DNA from: a virus
Virus record (IMG/VR): IMGVR_UViG_3300035698_010625
Coordinates: 1-64,000 of that record
Reading direction: 5' to 3' (one strand)
Length of the DNA stretch: 64,000 nt
Positions 51,877 through 59,725 of the stretch are shown here, piece by piece. The position numbers and the translations under genes are program-made. Position 1 is the stretch's first letter; every line of letters begins with the position of its first letter. The notes beneath the pieces are model-generated. The model had not been told where the DNA came from, searched no databases, and was given only the letters and a program-made list of their open reading frames with translations.

Positions 51877-51954
51877 CGTTCGGTAGCTCAGCCTGGTTAG
51901 AGCACCCGTCTGATACGCGGTAGGTCGAAGGTTCAACTCCTTCTCGAACGACCA
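51877..51954 (+). tRNA. tRNA-Ile(GAU)
   Basis: Cloverleaf, CCA. Confidence 0.88.
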
Positions 51955-52211
51955 ATTTAAAGAGCTTAGGTGTAGAAACGAGAATGCACCTTTAAGAAAA
52001 CCTTGTTGCTGGGCTACCCGATAAATCATCTTCTCAGATGTATGCAACACAAACTTCAGCTCTTCCTTTTGTACTGTCATGCGGGGTCGCCTCGGTGACG
52101 AAAGTGCTAGCGGGTACCGTCTTAGTAACGGTTTCACGAGGTGCAGGACCTCGGGGGTTTTCAGTTTCCACAATCGGGCTAGCTAAAACTGAAGTACAAT
52201 TTTATTACAAT

Positions 52212-52288
52212 GCTACGTTCGTCTAATGGACTAGGACTCTGGGTTTTCACTTCAGATAATATCGGTTCGAATCCGATACGTAGTACCA
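52212..52288 (+). tRNA. tRNA-Glu(UUC)
   Basis: Cloverleaf, CCA. Confidence 0.88.
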
Positions 52289-52296
52289 ATTTCAAT

Positions 52297-52372
52297 TCCT
52301 AGTTAGTATTCTTGGTGAGCACGGGTGACTGTTAATCACTTCAGGTAGGTTCGAATCCTACACTAGGAGCCA
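52297..52372 (+). tRNA. tRNA-Asn(GUU)
   Basis: Cloverleaf, GCCA. Confidence 0.88.
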
Positions 52373-52460
52373 AATCAATGAGAGTTTAGTTCAAGTTAGA
52401 ACATCTGGCGCAATAGTCAGAAGATGCTGGTATCGAATCCAGTCCCTTTCACCGAATAAT

Positions 52461-52546
52461 GGATGTGATGTACCGGTGGTGGTATAGCGGGCTGTAACCC
52501 CGTGGCTCTTATGGGCGAGTAGGTTCGACTCCTTCCACATCCACCA
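52461..52546 (+). tRNA. tRNA-Tyr(GUA)
   Basis: Long variable arm, CCA. Confidence 0.85.
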
Positions 52547-52634
52547 ATTTCGTTGGCAGTAAGGTCACGCATTGAGATTGACCTCCTAGTAATAGGTACC
52601 TGATGGGTAAATTAAAAAGTGCGATTTCAAATTC

Positions 52635-52712
52635 CGGTGATTAGCTCAGCCTGGTTAGAGCTCTCCGTTTGGGGCGGAGTTGCCAGAGGTTCGAATCCTC
52701 TATCACCGACCA
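52635..52712 (+). tRNA. tRNA-Pro(UGG)
   Basis: Cloverleaf, CCA. Confidence 0.92.
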
Positions 52713-52885
52713 ATAACTAATTATCTAATGTGCTTGCCGGCATATGCGGATGATTGCACGAACTTCTATTGATAACAAGCGGTAACTTGTAATCATAAGA
52801 TGAGTTAATTAGTAGTTTAACGGTAGATCGCCTGGCTGGAAGATGCGGGTTCGAATCCTGTCTAATTACTTTCGTGATTTACAAC

Positions 52886-52960
52886 AGTTCCTTAACTCAG
52901 AGGCAGAGTATCGCTTTTACACAGCGAAGGTCGAGATTTCGAAATTCTCAGGAACTACCA
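52886..52960 (+). tRNA. tRNA-Val(UAC)
   Basis: Cloverleaf, CCA. Confidence 0.88.
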
Positions 52961-53148
52961 GTAACTAATCAACAGCTCGATGGGAGTCTTGCTATTTGAT
53001 TGCACAGCGTCTTACTCCCATAAGATTTATTGATAGTGTAATGGATGCACACTGGGGTTTAAACCTGGAAGTACGGTTCGATTCCGTGATTAATAACTTG
53101 GGCTGTGATTTACAAATCGCTTGAGCAACTGCTCGCGTACAATACAAT

Positions 53149-53236
53149 GGGAGTGTGGTGGAATTGGTATACACATTGGTCTTAGAAACCAACGACTGTA
53201 ATGGTCACGCAGGTTCGACTCCTGTCACTCCTACCA
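53149..53236 (+). tRNA. tRNA-Leu(UAG)
   Basis: Long variable arm, CCA. Confidence 0.92.
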
Positions 53237-53319
53237 ATCAATGTTCGATTAGCATAATGCAATGCGGCAAGTACTTGTAGAAGAAAGCTCGAATCTTTCA
53301 TCGAACTCCAAATTTAAAC

Positions 53320-53393
53320 GCTCAATTAGTTCAATGGTAGAACAACGGCCCGGTAAGTCGTTAACGTAAGTTCGATTCTTACATTGAGCACCA
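53320..53393 (+). tRNA. tRNA-Thr(GGU)
   Basis: Cloverleaf, CCA; C at position 33 (atypical). Confidence 0.85.
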
Positions 53394-53561
53394 ATTAATG
53401 CCCGGTTCGTCTAAATATTAGGACCTCTGCCATATTTGAGCAGAAAATAAAAGTGAGATTCTTTTACCGGACACCAAACAATGCCAAGGTCGTCTAATAA
53501 TCTAAGACCCTCTCGTGATAGAGAGAAATGAGGTGTAAATCCCCCCGAGGCACCAAACAAT

Positions 53562-53637
53562 GCTGGAGTCGTCTAACGGCTAGGACTTTACATTCTCAGT
53601 GTAAACAATGCGAGTTCGAATCTCGTCTCCAGTACCA
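53562..53637 (+). tRNA. tRNA-Glu(CUC)
   Basis: Cloverleaf, CCA. Confidence 0.88.
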
Positions 53638-53642
53638 AATCT

Positions 53643-53729
53643 GGATTGATCCGCTGGGTAGGCCGGCAGCACGGTTTGAACCCGTGGGTGACCGAAAGGT
53701 TAGGGGTTCGACTCCTCATCTCTCCGCCA
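53643..53729 (+). tRNA. tRNA-Ser(UGA)
   Basis: Long variable arm, GCCA; acceptor mismatches. Confidence 0.8.
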
Positions 53730-53965
53730 ATTTTATCCTTCGCTCGTCTAATGTTAAGACACCAAACCGTGGAGGTTTGGGGATAGAGGTTTGATTCCTT
53801 TGCTTAGGACCAATTTTAATGACTACTTCCTATACGTAGGTTAATAACTGAAAAGTTAAGAGTGGTCACCAAGTTATCCCACACTCATCGAATGGTACGG
53901 TAAACGTTAAGAAACGTTTCGTGGGGAGTTTATCAGAAAGCCGTGACAGATAGACAACTAACAAT

Positions 53966-54039
53966 AGCTGCATAGCATAGTGGTAATGCGGGGGTCTTTG
54001 AAACCTCTCAGTAAGGTTCGATTCCTTATGCGGCTGCCA
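53966..54039 (+). tRNA. tRNA-Gln(UUG)
   Basis: Cloverleaf, GCCA. Confidence 0.88.
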
Positions 54040-54125
54040 ATTTTGATGTGGATATAATCTATCCCTTGTGCGGGTGCCCCTAGTAATAGGTCAAGGCAGC
54101 AAACTGCTCACATCAGATTTAATAT

Positions 54126-54212
54126 GGAAGATTAACTAGACAGGGTTCTAGAGCTGTTTGCTAAACAGATGGTACCGCAAGGTATGAGTTTCGAATACTC
54201 AATTTTCCGCCA
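54126..54212 (+). tRNA. tRNA-Ser(GCU)
   Basis: Long variable arm, GCCA. Confidence 0.87.
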
Positions 54213-54241
54213 AACATAAAGAAAAATTAAGTATTAACAAT

Positions 54242-54316
54242 GGGACTCAGGTGTAACTGGGTGCACGGCGGACTTTTAATCCGTAAGGACAGGGTTCAAG
54301 CCCTGGGGTCCCACCA
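54242..54316 (+). tRNA. tRNA-Lys(UUU)
   Basis: Cloverleaf, CCA. Confidence 0.88.
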
Positions 54317-54403
54317 AATGTAAATGGAAATGCTTCGGCATTGTAAAACTCACCGAAAGGTTTCCACCCAAGTGTGGATATAAAGAAGTTCCGATTAGTC
54401 AAT

Positions 54404-54477
54404 GCGTCTAAGTACAAGGTGTATCCTCGGGTTTCCAACCCGTAGTGAGTGGGTTTCGATTACCCCTAGTCGCTCCA
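54404..54477 (+). tRNA. tRNA-Gly(UCC)
   Basis: GCG start, U73, CCA; atypical D arm. Confidence 0.75.
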
Positions 54478-54482
54478 ACAAT

Positions 54483-54555
54483 AGTTATCTAGCTCAACTG
54501 GCAGAGCACTAGCTTCATACGTTAGGGAATCTCGGTTCAAATCCGAGGGTAACTA
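54483..54555 (+). tRNA. tRNA with CAU anticodon (Met elongator or Ile2); no encoded CCA
   Basis: Cloverleaf; ends A-CAA. Confidence 0.85.
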
Positions 54556-54561
54556 CAATCT

Positions 54562-54569
54562 TATAAATA
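54562..54569 (+). promoter_or_regulatory. T4-type late promoter inside the tRNA island
   Basis: TATAAATA upstream of the MQTFKSFTE ORF. Confidence 0.8.
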
Positions 54570-54595
54570 CTCTTTTAATAAACGAGTATCAGAAA

Positions 54596-54850
54596 ATGCA
54601 AACTTTTAAAAGTTTCACCGAAGGAAATGTCGTTAAATTTCCTAAGAAGAAAAAACAAACCCACGATGAAATTACTGGATTGCCAATTGATTCACGTCTT
54701 CCAGATACCCCAGACGAATGGATGGTTGTATCAAAGGATGAGAGTGTAGCATATAGCACTTCACCAACTCGTCAAGAAGCACAGAAAAAACTTAAGACGT
54801 ATATGATGAAGACAGGTAAGAGAGATCTTAAAGTCATCAAATTTGGCTAA
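54596..54850 (+). CDS. small late protein with capsid-targeting-like N-terminus (internal protein candidate)
   Basis: MQTFKSFTEG; own late promoter. Confidence 0.6.
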   Translation: MQTFKSFTEGNVVKFPKKKKQTHDEITGLPIDSRLPDTPDEWMVVSKDESVAYSTSPTRQEAQKKLKTYMMKTGKRDLKVIKFG

Positions 54851-54859
54851 GATAATCCT

Positions 54860-54888
54860 CGCCAAGAAGGTCTAAACCATATATAATG
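54860..54888 (+). promoter_or_regulatory. phage early/middle promoter GCCAAGAAGGTCNAAACCATATATAAT
   Basis: Near-identical copy at 61427-61453; TATAAT -10. Confidence 0.7.
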
Positions 54889-54898
54889 ATATAACAAA

Positions 54899-54970
54899 GC
54901 GGGTATAGCTCAGTGGTAGAGCGGAACGTTGCCAACGTCCAGGTCGAGAGTTCGAATCTCTCTACCCGCT
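54899..54970 (+). tRNA. tRNA-Gly(GCC); no encoded CCA
   Basis: Canonical cloverleaf; ends U-CUA. Confidence 0.9.
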
Positions 54971-55180
54971 CTAATTTAGGATTATATGATGAATTTGGGA
55001 CTAACAAGTGATTGTGAGGCAGAAGCATATTTTGATAGCGCTGATACTTACATCAAACAATACAACGCTACTTATATGTTTGAGAATAGTTCTGCGAGAG
55101 TCCGAACTATCATTGCTGAATATTTTGCTAATCTAGATAATAAAACTATTTGGCTTTGGAAAACTAAGAGTGATTGAATC

Positions 55181-55399
55181 ATGCGCCTTATCATTTCGCG
55201 GACTAACAATGACAGCACTTTGGACTTCGAAGTTCATGATGCACGTTGGGTTACTTTTAGTGATAAAATGAAAGCATTTGCTTGGACTCGTCCGGGTAAT
55301 AAGCTTGGAATTTACTTCTCCGAGGAATATGTCAATCGCCGCTTTGTGAACATCTTTTGCATTAGCGCGCTTGAGAACATGCACTGGCAGGTTAAGTGA
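55181..55399 (+). CDS. hypothetical protein
   Basis: Short ORF in small-gene run. Confidence 0.45.
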   Translation: MRLIISRTNNDSTLDFEVHDARWVTFSDKMKAFAWTRPGNKLGIYFSEEYVNRRFVNIFCISALENMHWQVK

Positions 55400-55409
55400 G
55401 GATTACATT

Positions 55410-55601
55410 ATGTGGATTCGATTTGAAGAGAAACAACCCAAACAAGATAAAGACCTTTATTACTTCTTCGATGTAGTAGGTGTTCACTCAGGGCGCTATT
55501 ACGGCGGTGATACATTTCAAGGCCGAAGAGGTTTTCTCAATGGTGACGTTACTCATTGGCAATATGATAAAGGGCAGGGAAAACCTGCTGAACCAAAATG
55601 A
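55410..55601 (+). CDS. DUF551-like small protein
   Basis: MWIRFEEKQP...VTHWQ pattern. Confidence 0.55.
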   Translation: MWIRFEEKQPKQDKDLYYFFDVVGVHSGRYYGGDTFQGRRGFLNGDVTHWQYDKGQGKPAEPK

Positions 55602-55606
55602 ATAAT

Positions 55607-55683
55607 GCAAGAGTGGCTCGACTGGTGAAGGCCGGCGTCTTATATGCGTCTATATGTGGGTTCGAATCCCGCCTCTTGTACCA
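55607..55683 (+). tRNA. tRNA-Ile(UAU)
   Basis: GGCGT-CT-TAT-AT-GCGTC arm, CCA. Confidence 0.85.
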
Positions 55684-55691
55684 AAATATTT

Positions 55692-55768
55692 CAGGGTATA
55701 AGTCAGTCTGGTAGACACCCCGGTTTGGAACTGGGAAGCCGTTGGTTCGAATCCAACTACCCTGACCA
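55692..55768 (+). tRNA. tRNA-Pro(UGG), second copy
   Basis: Cloverleaf, CCA. Confidence 0.9.
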
Positions 55769-55785
55769 TTTAAAGAGAGTACATT

Positions 55786-56046
55786 ATGCTTACATTCAAT
55801 ATTAAAGATTTCTTTTGTTGGCATAGTATTCAAAAAGAAGAGTCATTTGAAGCTTTTCATGCAAGAGCAGAAGCACTGCATGAAACTTATCAACATTGGA
55901 CTCCTGTAAATGAAATTGAAAGAACAAATAGAGCAGTATGTTTTGTATCTTTTATTAACAATCACCCAAAAATCGTAAATCCATATACTGGTAAAACAAA
56001 AAAACAATTTTCTTTAACGGAATATCCTATATCTACCTTGTCTTAA
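55786..56046 (+). CDS. hypothetical protein
   Basis: ORF between tRNAs. Confidence 0.45.
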   Translation: MLTFNIKDFFCWHSIQKEESFEAFHARAEALHETYQHWTPVNEIERTNRAVCFVSFINNHPKIVNPYTGKTKKQFSLTEYPISTLS

Positions 56047-56069
56047 AGGTTGTATAATGATTATTCAAT

Positions 56070-56145
56070 ACACGGTAAGCAATTATGGTTAATGCGCTGG
56101 CTTGAAGTCCCAGATAACTAAGTTCGATTCTTAGACCGTGTACCA
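56070..56145 (+). tRNA. tRNA-Phe(GAA)
   Basis: Cloverleaf, CCA. Confidence 0.85.
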
Positions 56146-56168
56146 ATTTATTATGGAGTGACTGTGAT

Positions 56169-56870
56169 ATGTTTGCTGATTTTTGCACTGATCATTTCTC
56201 GACGAGTAACAATGCACATTACAGAAATCCGCGAACTGTTGACCAAAATGTAATTGCTAATGAGACAATGCTATTTAGCGCATCTCCAGAATTTGCTACT
56301 GCAAATGGTGGCCCACTTACTGCTTACTTTCTCTCCAAGCTTTTTGATGGTGGATTTGAAAGCATTGATACTCGAGGAATGCATTGGGTCATTGATACTC
56401 GCTCGCACATGCTGATGCCAGGTCAATTTCCTTCTATTCCAGGTTGGCATTGTGATGCTTGGGAGCGAGATCCAAAGACACAACAACCACTTTTATGGCA
56501 GCACCCACATGGTACCGCTATGCATTTTGTAATGACACTTGGTACTAATGATGATGGTGTATCACTTACAAAATTCATACTTCCTTTTGGTGTGCCGATT
56601 CGTGTATCTTACGATCCATCCAAAGTTTGGGGTTCTGTAAACGAATCAATTGAACACCAAATTGAAGATCTCGTTATATCACCAGATAGAATTATTAGTG
56701 CGCCTTCAGGGACACTCATTTCGTTTGGACAAAACATATTACATACGGCTAGTGTAGCTACCAGTAAAGGCTGGCGCTTCTTTGCTCGTATAAGTTTAAT
56801 GACAAATCCACCACTCAACAAAATTCGAAAACAGGTACAAGTTTACGCTGATTCAAATGTTGGTTGGTAA
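56169..56870 (+). CDS. 2OG-Fe(II) dioxygenase-like protein
   Basis: PGWHCD (HxD), distal LHTA, R.F.R end motif. Confidence 0.65.
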   Translation: MFADFCTDHFSTSNNAHYRNPRTVDQNVIANETMLFSASPEFATANGGPLTAYFLSKLFDGGFESIDTRGMHWVIDTRSHMLMPGQFPSIPGWHCDAWERDPKTQQPLLWQHPHGTAMHFVMTLGTNDDGVSLTKFILPFGVPIRVSYDPSKVWGSVNESIEHQIEDLVISPDRIISAPSGTLISFGQNILHTASVATSKGWRFFARISLMTNPPLNKIRKQVQVYADSNVGW

Positions 56871-56954
56871 ATGAATTAAGGGAAACGTTGGTTCGAGTCC
56901 AACTCCTGCGCTGGTGCAAAGGATCGTAATTGATGGCCAAGACACCCTTACGTT
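56870..56954 (+). ncRNA. circularly permuted tRNA-like RNA (YrlA/Y-RNA-like order)
   Basis: TAAGGG/CCCTTA stem enclosing T arm, then closed acceptor-like hairpin, then D-like arm. Confidence 0.55.
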
Positions 56955-56959
56955 ACAAT

Positions 56960-57033
56960 GTTGATATGGCAGAATGGTTATGCCGTGGCTTGCAAACCCA
57001 CTTACTCTGGTTCGATTCCGGATATCAACTCCA
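56960..57033 (+). tRNA. tRNA-Cys(GCA)
   Basis: U73, CCA. Confidence 0.88.
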
Positions 57034-57285
57034 AGATAAGGCTTTAGCCGCAGCAGAGTAGTCAGGCATGACATAAAAGGTCGAAATGAAAAAGTTTAGC
57101 CGGCTCGACCAGCTTTATTTCTGAGTTCAAAGGTGGTCCTGAGCACGATGGATATGCACCAATTGTAAAAAATGTCTGTGATGGTGATTATACCGAATTC
57201 TCAGTTTGTTTGGAATGTGGTACTCTGAAAGGTACTTTCCCGGTTGATGATCCTGTTTGGAATGATGAAGAAGAAGATTAACAAT

Positions 57286-57358
57286 GCGCCGCGCTCTGGG
57301 TAAGCAGTATGGTTTCCAATGCCTCGCGTGTGGAGTTCGATTCTCTGGCGGCGTGCAC
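57286..57358 (+). tRNA. atypical tRNA, probably Trp(CCA)
   Basis: Acceptor and T arm good; weak D and anticodon stems; TT-CCA-AT loop; no CCA. Confidence 0.5.
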
Positions 57359-57380
57359 CTGTAATAGATTAAAGAATAAT

Positions 57381-57456
57381 AAGAGTATAGTATAATGGCT
57401 CATTACCCCGGGCTCTGAACTCGGTAATCTAGGTTCGAATCCTAGTACTCTTGCCA
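57381..57456 (+). tRNA. tRNA-Gln(CUG)
   Basis: Cloverleaf, GCCA. Confidence 0.9.
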
Positions 57457-57463
57457 AATATAC

Positions 57464-57538
57464 GCCTGCTAAGCATTAATGGTGATGCACTGGTTTTGTA
57501 ATCCAGAGAAGAGGGATCGTTACCTTCAGTCGGCACCA
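57464..57538 (+). tRNA. tRNA-Thr(UGU)
   Basis: Cloverleaf, CCA. Confidence 0.82.
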
Positions 57539-57541
57539 AAT

Positions 57542-57615
57542 CGCGAGATGTTGAAATGGCATCCTGCTGGGCTCATAACCCTTCGTTGGCGGTTCAACTC
57601 CGTCTTTCGCTACCA
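57542..57615 (+). tRNA. initiator tRNA-fMet(CAU)
   Basis: C1:72 mismatch, GGG/CCC in anticodon stem, CCA. Confidence 0.8.
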
Positions 57616-57729
57616 ACTTTGTGAGATCGTCAAGTGTAATTATGTTAAAGCCCGAGATGATGACATTACAAAATGTACGAATCGGTTAATCTTTAACTAG
57701 CACAAGGGACATCTCACAAACTTTTTTAT

Positions 57730-57868
57730 GTTGTAACTGCAAGGATAATGCAGGGTGGTTGGAGAGCTTGTGAGGGTGTACAACCTTTTATCCACAGGTA
57801 TAAAGTTAGCTTTAACAAATCGAGGCGCTTTATAAATCTCTAGTGAAGTTCGATTCTTCATTACAACA
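57730..57868 (+). ncRNA. tRNA-like RNA with ~85-nt insert replacing the anticodon region
   Basis: GTTGTAA/TTACAAC acceptor, CTGCA/TGCAG D-like arm, TGAAG-TTCGATT-CTTCA T arm. Confidence 0.55.
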
Positions 57869-57876
57869 CTTTCAAT

Positions 57877-57964
57877 GGGAGTATGGTGGAATTGGTATAC
57901 ACAGCAGACTTAAAATCTGCCGCCTGTAATGGGCTCGGGGGTTCGAATCCCTCTACTCCTACCA
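57877..57964 (+). tRNA. tRNA-Leu(UAA)
   Basis: Long variable arm, CCA. Confidence 0.92.
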
Positions 57965-58404
57965 AATTAAGGTAAATATGATGCAGGAAACAAGCACTAA
58001 AACTATAGCAGATAAAGAAGCATTGATTCTGTCTGCTGGTGAATGTTATCCAGATACATCTAGTTTTATACGAGATGAAGTTGTGAAAGACATTAATTTT
58101 AAGCTAGTTGATAAGATGTGGGGCAAATAACGAGTGTTGCTCATGCTCCAACCTTCATATACAATGGTGAATGTAAACCTTGTGTAAGTAGGTTGTACCG
58201 TAGCTATTTGAGATACACTTATATAACTGCTGCACACATTAATGCACTGGTGTATGACATGGTAGTGGAATTAGATGATTTACTTATAGATGCTTCTGAA
58301 TTTCACCCATATATGATGGCGATACCACAATTAGCTGAAGAAGAATATATTGAATTTAATCGAATTGCATTCAAACTTCGATTTGCATTTTAAAGATTAA
58401 CAAT

Positions 58405-58479
58405 GCCCCGGGTGTTGGATACACAGCAGAGGTTTCTACCCTCAGCCTTCTGGGTTCGACTCCTAGTCGGGGTACACCA
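58405..58479 (+). tRNA. tRNA-Arg(UCU)
   Basis: GAGG-TT-TCT-AC-CCTC arm; T arm; atypical D arm and 3' end (ACACCA). Confidence 0.7.
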
Positions 58480-58492
58480 TTTAAGGTTCATT

Positions 58493-58771
58493 ATGAAATA
58501 TCTTCTTGAGTTGTATTGGATGTGGAGGGACCGCCAAAGAGCAGAAGCTGAACTCGATAAATTCATAGCTGTTAAAAAGTGGGATGCTAGCATTCGTTGG
58601 AATAATGACAAATCGGTTGAAAACATTCTTTATATTGGTCTTGAAAATGGCCGTGGTGAACGTAAAATACAAATTCATGATTATGGATTAACCCGTACTT
58701 ATTCTAAGTCGAAGGCCCATCTCATTTATACAAAGTACGTTTTGCCATGGCAGCATAAAATAAATGAATAA
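58493..58771 (+). CDS. hypothetical protein
   Basis: Start moved downstream of tRNA. Confidence 0.5.
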   Translation: MKYLLELYWMWRDRQRAEAELDKFIAVKKWDASIRWNNDKSVENILYIGLENGRGERKIQIHDYGLTRTYSKSKAHLIYTKYVLPWQHKINE

Positions 58772-58877
58772 TAACCTTTATCTTAAGGTCCTATATTGAT
58801 ATAATATACTTATTGGAACGCACCTATTTTGCTGTCAACGCAATGTTGGCTTTTTTGTAATTAAACGGGGATACATT

Positions 58878-59702
58878 ATGATTACGCGAAACAAATTGGC
58901 TGTTGCTATTCTTGCTGCAGTTTCCATTACTACCGCAGCACACGCATCTGAAGTTACTACAATCACCGCTGGCTCCAAGGGCGGTGCATACGCTACTTAT
59001 GGCAACAATCTTGCAACTATGCTCACCCAGAATGATTGGAAGAGTAAGGTTATTCGCAGTAAGGGTTCAATTCAGAATATTGCCCGTCTTGTAGATGGCT
59101 CAGCACAAATTGGTTTCACCCAGGGCGATGCTTTGCAGCTCTCAAAGGCTGGTGGTAAGATTGATATTCTTGGAGCACTTGGAATGGAATGTGCTTTCAT
59201 TGTTTACAGTAAGAAGGGTAAGGTCACTGACGAAGATCATCTTCAGAATGAGGGTGTGAAAATTGCTGTTGGTAAGAAAGGTACTGGTTCACAAGCAACG
59301 TGGTCTTACATGGTTCAGCTAGAACCTGCATACGGTAATGCATCTGCACAGTATACTGGCGGAGCTCGCGCACTTGGCGCACTCAAAGCAGGCACTGTTG
59401 ACGCTGTTCTCTTTGTCACCGATCCCACTAATCTGAGTCATAAGCTTATTCAAGCAGTAAATGGTGATCCAGACCTCGATTTTCTAGACGTTGATGACAG
59501 TGACTTGAATGATGATCTACCTAATGGCACGCCTGTCTATGAATTCAAAGAAGTTGACACTGAAACGGGTGCTTTCGCGGATGACGTAGATACTATCTGT
59601 ACGCCTTTGCTAGTAATTGCTAGTGCAGATGCTGACGAAGACATGCTTGATGATGCTGCAGGAATTATGCTAAGCAATCGCAATGCGGTGCTTGGTAAGT
59701 AA
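58878..59702 (+). CDS. TAXI-family TRAP transporter solute-binding protein
   Basis: Signal peptide (AHA), GSKGGAY, SKGSIQNI, AQIGFTQGD, VGKKGTGS. Confidence 0.8.
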   Translation: MITRNKLAVAILAAVSITTAAHASEVTTITAGSKGGAYATYGNNLATMLTQNDWKSKVIRSKGSIQNIARLVDGSAQIGFTQGDALQLSKAGGKIDILGALGMECAFIVYSKKGKVTDEDHLQNEGVKIAVGKKGTGSQATWSYMVQLEPAYGNASAQYTGGARALGALKAGTVDAVLFVTDPTNLSHKLIQAVNGDPDLDFLDVDDSDLNDDLPNGTPVYEFKEVDTETGAFADDVDTICTPLLVIASADADEDMLDDAAGIMLSNRNAVLGK

Positions 59703-59725
59703 CAATGCAAAAGATAGTCGTTCCC

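Noticed and set aside
53027-53096. Stop-codon reassignment of the genome
   Set aside because: Core genes are full length under the standard code and end in TAA/TGA; the suppressor-like tRNA is degenerate
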